Assembly: GCA_963793865.1 (NCBI GenBank)
Contig: CAWCBP010000002.1
Span: forward strand, 1 to 64,000
Source of the DNA: an uncultured delta proteobacterium
Lineage (GTDB): Bacteria > Desulfobacterota > WTBG01
Direction of reading: 5' to 3'
Length of the DNA: 64,000 nucleotides
Shown here: piece after piece, positions 19,579-29,900 of the stretch
Layout: the number at the start of each line of letters is the position of its first letter
Position numbering within the stretch: position 1 is the stretch's first letter
Translations under genes and position numbers: made by a program
The notes under the pieces: generated by a model
What the model was told of the DNA's origin: nothing
Database searches by the model: none
Seen by the model: only the letters and a program-made list of their open reading frames with translations

Positions 19579-20076
19579 ATGAATGAGTTGGCACTAAAAA
19601 ACATAACACGGCGCAAGGCTGAAAAAGCTGATTTTGACAGGATTTCCCACCAGGTTTACATCAACCTCCAGAAAATCTTTCGCTGCCTGAATATCGGCCG
19701 GGGACTGCAGGGAAAGCGGCTGCCGATCACCATGACCCAAATGCGCGTCCTTTCCCTGTTTAATGAGCGGGACATCATCAGCATCACTGACATCAGCCGC
19801 TCGCTGGGGATGTCGCTGCAAAGCGCCACCAACCTGGTATGCCGGCTTGAGCAGCTTGATTACCTGGAGCGGACTAAAAATGAAAAGGATAAACGGGTTT
19901 CGGATGTAAAGCTTACTGCCAGGGGCAAAAAGCGTCAGGACATGTTCAGGAATGGTGAGATTGAAACGGTACGATTGCTCCTGGAACGACTGAATACGGT
20001 GGAAAGCAGGGTTTTAAATGAAACACTCAATGGTGTTGCCCTTCTTTTTGAAAAGGCAAGCAGCGCCTCTTCATAA
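19579..20076 (+). CDS. MarR-family regulator
   Basis: TMTQMRVL and wHTH with DKR..DVKLT..G. TTGACA at 19509-19514. Confidence 0.9.
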   Translation: MNELALKNITRRKAEKADFDRISHQVYINLQKIFRCLNIGRGLQGKRLPITMTQMRVLSLFNERDIISITDISRSLGMSLQSATNLVCRLEQLDYLERTKNEKDKRVSDVKLTARGKKRQDMFRNGEIETVRLLLERLNTVESRVLNETLNGVALLFEKASSASS

Positions 20077-20119
20077 CCGCACATAGAAATCACAGCAAAC
20101 AGCACAGGGGAGTTGCGCA

Positions 20120-20896
20120 ATGAAACAGGTGAAAGGACTGGGAGGCTGGGTACGCAGTGCCATCTGGCTGGAACTGGTTATTCCCGGGTATTTTTTCGGT
20201 AAAACCTTCGGCACCGCGGACGCAAAATACCGTTTCCTTGATCAGTTCATGTATCCCACGCTGTTTATCAAGATCTGCGGATATTTCCGGGATCTTCCGG
20301 TTGGCTATTATACAGGAAGGTTTTTAGGAGTTCTTGCAGGTGCCATGATCGGAGTACTGTGGGTGCTGCTCATCGGGGTTTTTTATAAATGGGTGCTCAA
20401 GGACTGGTCATACTCAAAGGCGACACGCATCGGCGCGCTGGCTTTTATCCTCATTGCGCTCATGACCGGCTTCATGTCAGACATGTTTAACGAAAGCATC
20501 GGCATGGGGCTGCGCATCGACGAGGATGCGCCCAAGGAACTGGTGGGCAAGAGTCTGGTTCAGGATTACGGCTCATTTGTAAAGGGCACCATGATCACAG
20601 AGGAAAATGCCGGGCTGCTTGCCGCCTACGGCAAGGTCAGGGCCAACAACGAAGCCGGTGCTCATCGCTGGTGGGTGGCTTCACTGATATTCATGTATTC
20701 CTGGTTTGTTCTCTATTTCATCTGCGCCCACCGTTTTTTCAAACGCAACCTGGTGCCCCGGGAGTCTTATTTCAAGCTGCAGATGATCAATCTTGCCGCG
20801 ATTATCATCTATTTGAGAATGGGCTTTGGCATTGCTCCGGCGGAATATCATTATATTGTAACCAGGTTCCAGTACCTGTTTGGAGGAGGAATGTAA
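20120..20896 (+). CDS. Multi-pass membrane protein of unknown function
   Basis: About five TM segments; sits 1 bp before the next gene's start. Confidence 0.7.
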   Translation: MKQVKGLGGWVRSAIWLELVIPGYFFGKTFGTADAKYRFLDQFMYPTLFIKICGYFRDLPVGYYTGRFLGVLAGAMIGVLWVLLIGVFYKWVLKDWSYSKATRIGALAFILIALMTGFMSDMFNESIGMGLRIDEDAPKELVGKSLVQDYGSFVKGTMITEENAGLLAAYGKVRANNEAGAHRWWVASLIFMYSWFVLYFICAHRFFKRNLVPRESYFKLQMINLAAIIIYLRMGFGIAPAEYHYIVTRFQYLFGGGM

Positions 20897-20897
20897 T

Positions 20898-22490
20898 ATG
20901 GCTTGGTCCGGCTTTACCCGCGAGGAATTTGTACGACATGTGAGAAATATGGCGCTCCTGGGGCTGATTTTGTACCTCGGTGGGATACTGACCGGTTATG
21001 TAATTAACTGGGTGTGCCTGATGCTGGGACTGTGCGCGCTGACGCTTTTTTTCACCGACTTTTTCTACGGCAGAACACAGGGTGCCGCATACTTCTGGTT
21101 TTTTGTTTTCATCTACGGCATGGGCAACTATAAACCCTTCCGGTTCCCGGTCAACGCGGAGGCATGGAAGCTTCAGACCAATGACATGATTGACTGGATT
21201 GTCGGCGGGAAGGGCACCATGATGTTTCCCCGGGCTGACTGGGTGATGCTGACCCCGCTGCTTGCCTACACCCTCTACATTGCCATCAGGCTTTTGAAAA
21301 CACCGCCCGACCCCGTAGCCCGGGCCCGCAAGACAGTGGCCACAAAAAAATGGCGCATGTTCACCCAGACCTTTGTGCTGGTGTGGTATTTTGAGATCTT
21401 TGCTGACGGCATGACCGCCCGCCCCATCGAAAACCCGGAACTGCTCTTCTGGGCGCTGGCCATGCTGCTGGGCTCGCTCCTGCTGCCCTTTTTTATCGGA
21501 CGCTGGTTCTGCGGCTGGTTCTGCCCGGTCGGAGCCCTGCAGGACGGCATACTGAAACATTTCAAGAATTACCAGGGCATTAAGATCAGCGATTCATTCC
21601 GCGCCCTGATCAACCGCATTTATGTGCCCGCCCTTATGGTGGGCATGATTATTGTGGTCTATACCTTTGAACGGGTCTTCCAGCTTGCCTCTTCCGCCGA
21701 GATGATCCGCTCGCCTGACTGGAAAAATCTCTGGAAGCCGATGGTGTGGACAAAAATACTCACCAACGGCATGTTCCTGGGATCGATCCTGTTCGCCTAC
21801 CGGGTGTACTGCCGCTACTTCTGCTGGTATATCGGCTACCGGGTAACACTGGGACACCCGTCCCTCTACCGGGTGCCGTTTAAAACCGATCGCTGCCAGA
21901 TCTGCCCTGAATGTCCGCCCGAGGAACACTGCACCATGGGCTACCAGTTCCAGTCGCAGCCCGAAGGGGAGGAACAGCTTTCCATCAGAAATATCGGCGA
22001 GGCGCCGGTTACCTGCACCCTCTGCTATGAATGCCGGGACACCTGCCCCCATGGCGTATTCCGGGGCAAAATCAAGCGCATCAACGTCATCCCCGAGCGC
22101 TGCGTGGGCTGCCGGCTCTGCGAGCTTGCCTGCTCAGGAAGCCGTCTCGGGGTCTTCGATCCGACCCGTGCAAATATCACCGTAGAAATGGAGGGGATTC
22201 CCGAACTCCCGGTGCCGAAAATCAAGGACACCTGCGATGCCTGCAACGGCGACCCCGCGTGTATCAAGGTCTGTCCGGCACGGGTGATCATCTGGGACAA
22301 GGACGGTGTCCGCAAGGGCATAAAAATCAAACGGCCGGGAGCGCTGCGCAAATTTGTGCGAAGGCTGAATCCCTTTTCCGGAACGCCGGCTGTCTGCGAT
22401 AACCTCTGCGGCGCGTATCCCCAGGGGTGCCCGACCTGCGACCAAAACAAATCGCTGAAGCACGAGGATGCCAAAGGAGTCGCTGCATGA
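20898..22490 (+). CDS. Membrane polyferredoxin (NapH/MauN/RdxA-like) fused to a 4Fe-4S dicluster domain
   Basis: GRWFCGWFCPVG, YCRYFC and several CxxCxxCxxxC(P) motifs. Confidence 0.85.
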   Translation: MAWSGFTREEFVRHVRNMALLGLILYLGGILTGYVINWVCLMLGLCALTLFFTDFFYGRTQGAAYFWFFVFIYGMGNYKPFRFPVNAEAWKLQTNDMIDWIVGGKGTMMFPRADWVMLTPLLAYTLYIAIRLLKTPPDPVARARKTVATKKWRMFTQTFVLVWYFEIFADGMTARPIENPELLFWALAMLLGSLLLPFFIGRWFCGWFCPVGALQDGILKHFKNYQGIKISDSFRALINRIYVPALMVGMIIVVYTFERVFQLASSAEMIRSPDWKNLWKPMVWTKILTNGMFLGSILFAYRVYCRYFCWYIGYRVTLGHPSLYRVPFKTDRCQICPECPPEEHCTMGYQFQSQPEGEEQLSIRNIGEAPVTCTLCYECRDTCPHGVFRGKIKRINVIPERCVGCRLCELACSGSRLGVFDPTRANITVEMEGIPELPVPKIKDTCDACNGDPACIKVCPARVIIWDKDGVRKGIKIKRPGALRKFVRRLNPFSGTPAVCDNLCGAYPQGCPTCDQNKSLKHEDAKGVAA

Positions 22491-24366
22491 GCAGAGCAAT
22501 GCTGTATAAAGGATACACAAGAAAAATCCTGCGGGTGAACCTTACCGCCGGATCGGTAACGCCCGAGGAGCTCCCCAACGGTCAGCTCAGGAAATACGTC
22601 GGCGGCGCGGGCCTTGCTGCCCGGATGCTGTATGATGAGCTCCCGCCGGGCATTGACCCCCTCTCCCCGGCTAACAAGGTGCTTTTTCTTGCGGGACCGC
22701 TTGCGGGCACCATGGCCCCCACCGGCAGCCGCATCGGTGTGTACACCAAGTCCCCTCTCACCAACGGCTTCTTTCACTCCTCCGCCGGCGGGCACTTCGC
22801 GCCCGAGCTTAAATATGCCGGCTACGATGGGGTGATGATCGAGGGGGTGAGCGCCACCCCGGCGTATCTCTATGTTGATAATCAGCGCGCTGAGCTTCGC
22901 GATGCCGCGCGCGTCTGGGGGGAGCGGACCGACGCAACCCAGCACTGGCTGAAGCGGGATATCGGCGATGAGGCGGCGCAGCTTGCCGTCATCGGGCCGG
23001 CCGGGGAGCGGCTGGTGCGATTTGCCAACATTGTGGTCGGATGCCGGGCGCTGGGCAGGGGGGAATCGGCGCCGTGCTCGGCTCAAAAAAGTTTAAGGGG
23101 CTCGCGGTGCGGGGAACGGGCAAGCTTGAAGTGCATGACATGCCGGGGACGCTCAAGCTTTCCCGCGAGATTTGCTGGATCATGCGCAGCCATCCCGCCA
23201 CGGGGCAGGTGCTGCCTGCTTTCGGCACACCGGTGCTGGTGGATGCCAATAACAGCCTGGGCGTGTTCGGCTCGCGCAACTGGCAGCGGGAAACCTTCGA
23301 GGGCGCGGAGGGCTTAAGCGCCGAGACCATGCGCCGGAAGATCGTGGTGCGGGACAAATCCTGCTTCGCCTGCCCCATCAAATGCGGCAAATACAGCGTG
23401 GTGGTCTCCACCCCCTTTGAAGGCCGCACGGTGGAAGGCCCTGAATACGAGAACATCTTCGCCCTGGGATCCATGTGCGGCATTGATTCCATAGAAGCGG
23501 TGGCGGCGGCGGAGCGCGAGTGCGACGACCTGGGAATGGACGCCATTGAAACCGGCGTAAGCATAGCCTTTGCCATGGAGAATTTTGAAAAGGGCAATCT
23601 GACCGCCGCGGACACCGGGGGCATGGAACTCACCTTCGGCAACACGGAACTGCTGCTTCCCCTGATTCACAAAATCGGCATGCGCGAGGGCATCGGCTCC
23701 CTGCTGGCGGAGGGCGTCAAGCGGGCCGCCGTGAAAATCGGCAAGGGCTCGGCGGATTTTGCCATGCAGAACAAGGGCATGACCTTTGCGGGACACTCCG
23801 CGCGCGGGCTGCCCGGGTTCGCCCTCGGCTACGCGACCGGCCCCCGCGGCGGTTCCCACCACGACAGCAGGCCCACGGGAGAGCGCACCGGCATGCTGCC
23901 CCGGGACACCATCGACGGCAAGGCGGCTTACACGGTTAAAGTGAACCATCTCATGATCCTGACCGACTCAATGATCCTCTGCCATCTTGCGGAATCCATC
24001 TGGGGCCCCATCGAGATCAACCCGGTGGTGGTGGACATTCTGAACACCGTAACCGGCATGGAGATGACCGTGGCGGAGGCGGAGATCACCGCGGAGCGCA
24101 TCTGGAATGTGATGCGCGCGTTTGCGGCGCGGGAAGGACTGCGCCGGGAAGACGACTCGCTGCCCAAGCGTTTCCTCACCGAACCCATCCCCGACGGCCC
24201 TTCAAAGGGCATGGTCATCACCCCGGAAATGCTTGAGAAGATGAAAGACGAGTACTACCAGCTGCGCGGGTGGGACAGGGAGACCGGGATCCCCACACCG
24301 CAGCAGCTGCTGAAGCTCGACCTTCCTGATATTGCTGAAGACATGAAAAAGATACTGGGCCAGTAA
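22487..24366 (+). CDS. Aldehyde:ferredoxin oxidoreductase (W/Mo AOR family); frameshift in the G-run at 23058-23063
   Basis: KSPLT, GG.FAPELKYAGYD, IGPAGE, GRGG.GAVLGSK, CFACPIKC, EGPEYE and DDLGMD motifs across ORFs 22427-23317 and 23041-24366. Confidence 0.9.
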
Positions 24367-24384
24367 AAGGAGAGGTGATACAAG

Positions 24385-25857
24385 ATGAGCCGTGTTAAAT
24401 TCTGGACTTTAATTTCCCTTGCGGTAGTGCTTTCCATCAGCGTCTCAGCGGCTTTATCAAACAAGCAGGATGATCAAAACTACCGCCATGACTATGTCTA
24501 TCAGGACACGAGCCTGGCGGGGAAGCCGGGTATCCTTATCACCGCCCTGGGGCAGCCGGAAGAATACGATTTTAATTTCTTCAATCGCTACATCAGCATG
24601 ATCTTCCGGACCGCATTCCCGCCGGCACTCAAGCTTATCATCATGCAGGACAAGGGGACCGTGCTCATGGATCCGGAGCATCTGGAAGCCGCTGAAGAGT
24701 ATCAGCCAAAAGCACTCATGGACTGTCTTGGCAAAACCGCGGATGAAGAAGGGGAGCCTTATGTGGACCTTAAAGATCTCGAATGGGTGCCTTCACGGGA
24801 CGGCGAGTCGCCCGGCCATTTTCTGCTGCCGGGGAAAAACGGTTACATAGACGCGGTTGAGAAGGTCGGTGTTAAAATCGCCGCTTCATATTATCCCAAG
24901 ATGCCCGGGAAAAAGGTCCCCTACACCCGGCAGCATCTTGAGATTATCAATGAAGTCGGGGCCATGCTCAAACAGGCATTTCCCGATGTCCCCATGCGCT
25001 GGGGCTGGACCATGGAGCCGGAAACGGTTGAAACAGCGGTTGACCAACTGATTGTGGAAGACAAGGTCAAGACCATTGTACACTGCGATATATTCCCCGT
25101 TTATTCCTCCCTCGAGCACTTCAACACCCTGTACCAGGACGTGAAAGATGCGGTCGCGGAACGGGCCAAGGTAATCTTCACTCCCTGCCCGGGGGCTTAT
25201 CCGTCATTTCGGAAAGGCATCGAATTGATGGCAACGGATGAAGTGCTCTCCCTGCCAAAGGAAGACCGCAAGCTTCTGGTGCTCACACGACACGGCTGGC
25301 CGGACATCAAGGGAGACCCCTACCCGGAACTCGGCAGGGTGTATTACTGGAACCTGAAATCAGAAATAGAAAAAGCCATCGAGGGAACCAATACCCTGGT
25401 CGTGTACGCGGATACGGATTTTGCCGGGGATGCCGACGATCCCAAGCATAAGCGGCTGGCAAGTTTTGAAGCCCTGGAACTGGGCCTTGAGGAAAAATAC
25501 GATCACATCATCTTTCAGATGGTCGATTTTACCAGCGAGAACACTGACACCATCTTCGCAATGCGTCTTGAAACCTTTGAGCCGCTTCATTTTGAATATG
25601 GAGAACAGGTGCCGTACACGGACTGGTCAAAACCATTCAGAACCGAGCTCAAGGGAGGAAGGGATTTTCACTACACGCTGAAAGAGGGAAACGGGGAGAG
25701 CGCGGCCCGGGTGGTGGTGCTCGGCGTGCCGGTCGGCCCGCGCTACCGGCCGCACATATCCCGGGGACTCTTTGATTCCATCGCCACGGTTCTGAAGGGA
25801 GAAACGTGGCCGCAGCTGGTGCTCGAGGAAAAAGTGGAGAAAAAGGGCATGTTTTAA
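24385..25857 (+). CDS. Exported ferrochelatase-like (class II chelatase fold) protein
   Basis: Signal peptide. GILITALGQP, PVYSS, LVLTRHGWP..GDPYP and DFTSENTDTI align with HemH motifs. Confidence 0.65.
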   Translation: MSRVKFWTLISLAVVLSISVSAALSNKQDDQNYRHDYVYQDTSLAGKPGILITALGQPEEYDFNFFNRYISMIFRTAFPPALKLIIMQDKGTVLMDPEHLEAAEEYQPKALMDCLGKTADEEGEPYVDLKDLEWVPSRDGESPGHFLLPGKNGYIDAVEKVGVKIAASYYPKMPGKKVPYTRQHLEIINEVGAMLKQAFPDVPMRWGWTMEPETVETAVDQLIVEDKVKTIVHCDIFPVYSSLEHFNTLYQDVKDAVAERAKVIFTPCPGAYPSFRKGIELMATDEVLSLPKEDRKLLVLTRHGWPDIKGDPYPELGRVYYWNLKSEIEKAIEGTNTLVVYADTDFAGDADDPKHKRLASFEALELGLEEKYDHIIFQMVDFTSENTDTIFAMRLETFEPLHFEYGEQVPYTDWSKPFRTELKGGRDFHYTLKEGNGESAARVVVLGVPVGPRYRPHISRGLFDSIATVLKGETWPQLVLEEKVEKKGMF

Positions 25858-25878
25858 CCGGTGGAGCAACCCAATTAT

Positions 25879-26212
25879 CTAGTGTAGTGCGTCCAACACT
25901 TCTTTACTTATGAAAGGCTTCTGTGTGTTGCGAATACCATGCTGTAGAGGAGGTTCAGTGGCTCAAAGGGGAGGGGCTTTTGACGCCACAACAATGTGTC
26001 TTTAGGCTTACGGCACGAGCCGGTGCCTTACGACTTAAACCGAGACAGGCAGCTATACAGAGACTTCGATACGGCTGTTACTATGCGGGTCTGTCGGACA
26101 AAGTTAGAGAGATGCTGCCGTTCTACAGGTTCCGAATAATTTTGTTGTGGCTAAAAAGCCCCTGCCCCTTGAGCCACATATAAATAAAGTAATCAATAAC
26201 GCACTACACTAG
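25879..26212. mobile_element. MITE / non-autonomous element, IS630-like (CTAG ends)
   Basis: Perfect 14 bp terminal inverted repeat CTAGTGTAGTGCGT, a second internal inverted repeat (about 25958-25993 vs 26143-26177), and no transposase. Confidence 0.75.
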
Positions 26213-26258
26213 GTAGGGGTCACAAACATACATCAACACAAGAGCAGGAGGAGAGCCT

Positions 26259-26867
26259 ATGAAGAGCCCGCGCAAACTATTTCTGATGCTGGTTATTGCC
26301 GCCCTCGTTTTCATCACGCCATTGGCGCGTGCCCAGGAAGTCGCCGCGGATGATATTCTCATCTTCTACTATTCGCGCACCGGGAATACCAGAATGGCCT
26401 GCGAGGCGCTGCAGAAGGAACTCAACGCCCGGCTGATTGAGATCAAAGATCTCACTGACCGCTCGGGAGCGTGGGGCGGGCTCACCGGCATGCTCAATAC
26501 CCTTTTCAACATGGAAACCGGCATCGATCCCGAACACCCTGACCTTTCGGCCGGCACCAGCATCATACTGGCGTCCCCTCTGTGGGCGGGAAAGCTTGCT
26601 CCGGCAATTCGCACGCTGATTGCGCGCAATAAATTTGACGGCAAGAAGGTAATCATTTTTACCACCGGCAATGCCATCCTGGATGAAAAGAACCAGGAGA
26701 AAAACAAGGCGCCGGTTACCGCTGCCGGCGGCGAGGTTGTCGATTATCTGCAGGTCGCGGTCCAGGAAAAGGTAAATGATGAGAAGGTGGACAGGCCGAA
26801 GGAAAAGGTTCTGGAGGATACCATAAAATTGGTGCCCGGGATTAAAAAGTCGTTTTCGCTGCCGTAA
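26259..26867 (+). CDS. Exported flavodoxin-like protein (paralogue 4)
   Basis: Signal peptide ending ARA, YYSRTGNT, LASPLW and NKFDGKK motifs. Confidence 0.82.
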   Translation: MKSPRKLFLMLVIAALVFITPLARAQEVAADDILIFYYSRTGNTRMACEALQKELNARLIEIKDLTDRSGAWGGLTGMLNTLFNMETGIDPEHPDLSAGTSIILASPLWAGKLAPAIRTLIARNKFDGKKVIIFTTGNAILDEKNQEKNKAPVTAAGGEVVDYLQVAVQEKVNDEKVDRPKEKVLEDTIKLVPGIKKSFSLP

Positions 26868-26915
26868 CTGGATGTTCGCCGGGGATGAACCGGCTTGAAG
26901 GGGCGTAGAGCATTA

Positions 26916-29900
26916 TTACGCAGCTTCAAGCCGGCATTTCATTTCCAGCCCCTCCTGAACCAATTTCAGGATCTGATGTATTTGAAACGGTTTCTGAATG
27001 ATAAAATGCACCCCCTTCTCTCTCATCCCCGGTTCATTCAGATTGATGCTCCATCCGGAAATAACCGCAACCGGCACGTTCTTCCCCATGCGTTTAATCT
27101 CTTCCGCTACCTGCCAGCCTGACATGCCGGGCATGCCCAGATCGGTACAAACCAAATCAAAATCGCCGTTTCTCATCAGCTCTAATCCCTCATTTCCATT
27201 GGAAGCAGCTTCAGCCTCATGTCCTTGACCCGTCACTATATCAAGTAAAAGCCGCCTGACTTCTTCTTCATCCTCAATAATCAGAATCCTCGCCTTTCTG
27301 CCGCTTGCCTCGCAGGGTAGAACCGCCCTTTCCTCTTTCATTGCTTGTTCGTGGACGGGCAGCTGGATGGTAAAAACAGTTCCCATGCCCTCCTCGCTTT
27401 CTACCGTGATAGTACCTTTATGACGATCGATAATGCTGTAAGAAATACTCATGCCCAGGCCGGTTGAACGAACCCCTTTCGTGGTGAAAAAGGGATCAAA
27501 AATCCTGTCCCGGATGGCTTCCGGGATACCGACACCGGTATCCGCTATGGTCAGGATAATACGGGCACCTTCTCTCATGGTCTTAATGCTAATCGTTCCG
27601 CCATCAGGCATGGCATCGAGCGCGTTATTGATAAGATTGGTGAATACTTCCCGCAACTCTGAGGCACTGCCGAATGTGCAGGGAATGGGCGCATAGTCTT
27701 TTTGAACCTCAATGTTGATCCCCTTTGTCTCAGCTTCATTTCTCCACCTCGCCCCGGTAAATTCAAGGGCATTGTCCAGCAGGTTATTGACATCAACCGG
27801 GGCAAAGTGCGTATCATCTACTCGTTTCCGGGAAAACTCCTGTATCCTCCTGACTATCTCAGCCCCGTCCAATGCGGCCCTCTCGATGATCTCCAAATAT
27901 TTTTTCGTATCAGGCGTCGCTTTTCTCTTCTCATCATCACCATCAGGGGGTTTAAATTGCATTTTCAAAAGCTGAACCCTTCCCAGAATTGCGGCCAACA
28001 CATTATTGAAGTCGTGCGCCACACCGCCCGCCATTTCTCCCAGCGATCGCAGCTTTTCAGATTGCGCCATCTGCTGCTGCATTTTGTTTCTTGCGGTAAT
28101 GTCCCGCACGATGGCTATGCCACCGATGCACTCCGCGTTATTATAAATCATTGAGTTGTAGCATTCCACTTCAACCGTCGTACCGTCCCTGCGCACGTAT
28201 CGCGTTTCGTACGACGCAAACCCCTTCTCCAGCAGTTCTCCTATCTTCTCCCTCACCTTCTTTCGCTCAGCAGTGTCATCTCCATGCAGTTCCGCAGTGT
28301 GCCTTCCCGCAATAGCGCTTTTCTCCAGACCCAGCATTTCCGACATGGCATCATTGACTGAAATGATGCAGCCCTGTGTATCGCATATGACGATTCCATC
28401 TTTACTGCCCTGAATGATTTTTTCGAGAAATTCCTTGCTTTCCTGAATCTCACGCTGTGTCTTTTTTCTCTCGGAGATATCCCGCAGGACGGCCACTCCG
28501 GCGACATACTCTCCCTGTTCATCCCTGATCATTGAAGCAGTACATTCGACATCAAGGCATGTTTCGTTGTTAGTCTTGTATTGCGCCTCATACGTGGCAG
28601 AGCCTTTTTCAAACAGTTCAGCGGTTTTTTCCAGGATGATCTGCTTGGTTTCTTTATCATCAACGATGAGCGACGAAGCATGCTCCCCTAATATCTCTTC
28701 TTTGGCAAAACCACTCATTTTCTCCATGGCCGTGTTTGCAGACAGGATATATCCTTTTTCATCAACGATCAGGATCCCATCCCTGGTGCTTTCGATAACT
28801 TTTTCCAGAAATTCTTTCGTTTCTCTTAAATCCTTTTCTGCTTTTCTCCTCTGGGTAATATCTCTTATGACCGCAACCGCACCGCTCCGCTCCCCTTCCT
28901 TATCGTACAAGCACACTATATTCTGCTCAACGGGGACAACCTTCCTGTCCTTACAGAAATAAAATGTCTCCCAGTTGGTAACCGTTCCTTTTTCAATAAG
29001 ATCTGCAATCCTTTGTTGCGCATCCTGCGTATATGCCGTACCCAAGCTCAACACTTCTCCGGTCGTGCATTCATAGGTGCCCTCGTCAACCATTGGGGTG
29101 CACTCCATGACATGCCTGCCGATCATCTCCTCTTTACCGAAGCCGAACAGGTCCAGGAAATACCTGTTGACCCTGGTTATATAGCCGGTCTTGTCGGAGA
29201 CCATTATGCAGTCCAGGGAGTTCTCAATGAGGTTGTCCAAATGTTCCTTTGCCTCCTGCAGCTCTTTCTGGGCCTTGCTCCGTTCGGTAATATCCCTGAT
29301 GGTTGCGACGGATCCGGTAATGTTCCCCTGTTTATCCTTCAAGAGGGCAACACTTCTTTCGACGATGATCATTGTGCCGTCTTTTCTTATCCAGGGCACA
29401 TCCAGTCCCGAAGCGCTTCCATCCCTGAACAGGCGTTCAAAAAACTGCCTGTTCTTTTCTTCGTGCTCGCTGCCCTCTGCCCGCAATGCTTTTGCATGCG
29501 TTCCGATTAACTCCTCCCTCCTGTAACCGGTTATGGTTTCAACCGCGTCGTTTAACATGATGATGCATCCTGTGGGATCGGTGACAATGATTCCATCCGA
29601 TGCGGTTTTAAAAATGTTGTCCAAAAATTCTCTCATCTCCGCAACGCTTTTTGCGGCATTTCTTCTTTCGGTAATGTTCCTGACGATGCCAACCGCCCCG
29701 ATCACGTTCCCCCCGTCATCATATAACGACGAAATATTCTGTTCACAGGGAATGATCTTGCCGTCTTTGCGGGTAAAATAGCAGGTCCTGTTTCTTATTT
29801 CATCACCTTCGACCATTCTGGCAATTGACGCTGCCTGGTCGTTGAAGTATTCCCCTGTAATATCAATTGAATCTCCCGTGGTCAGATCATATGTTCCCGC

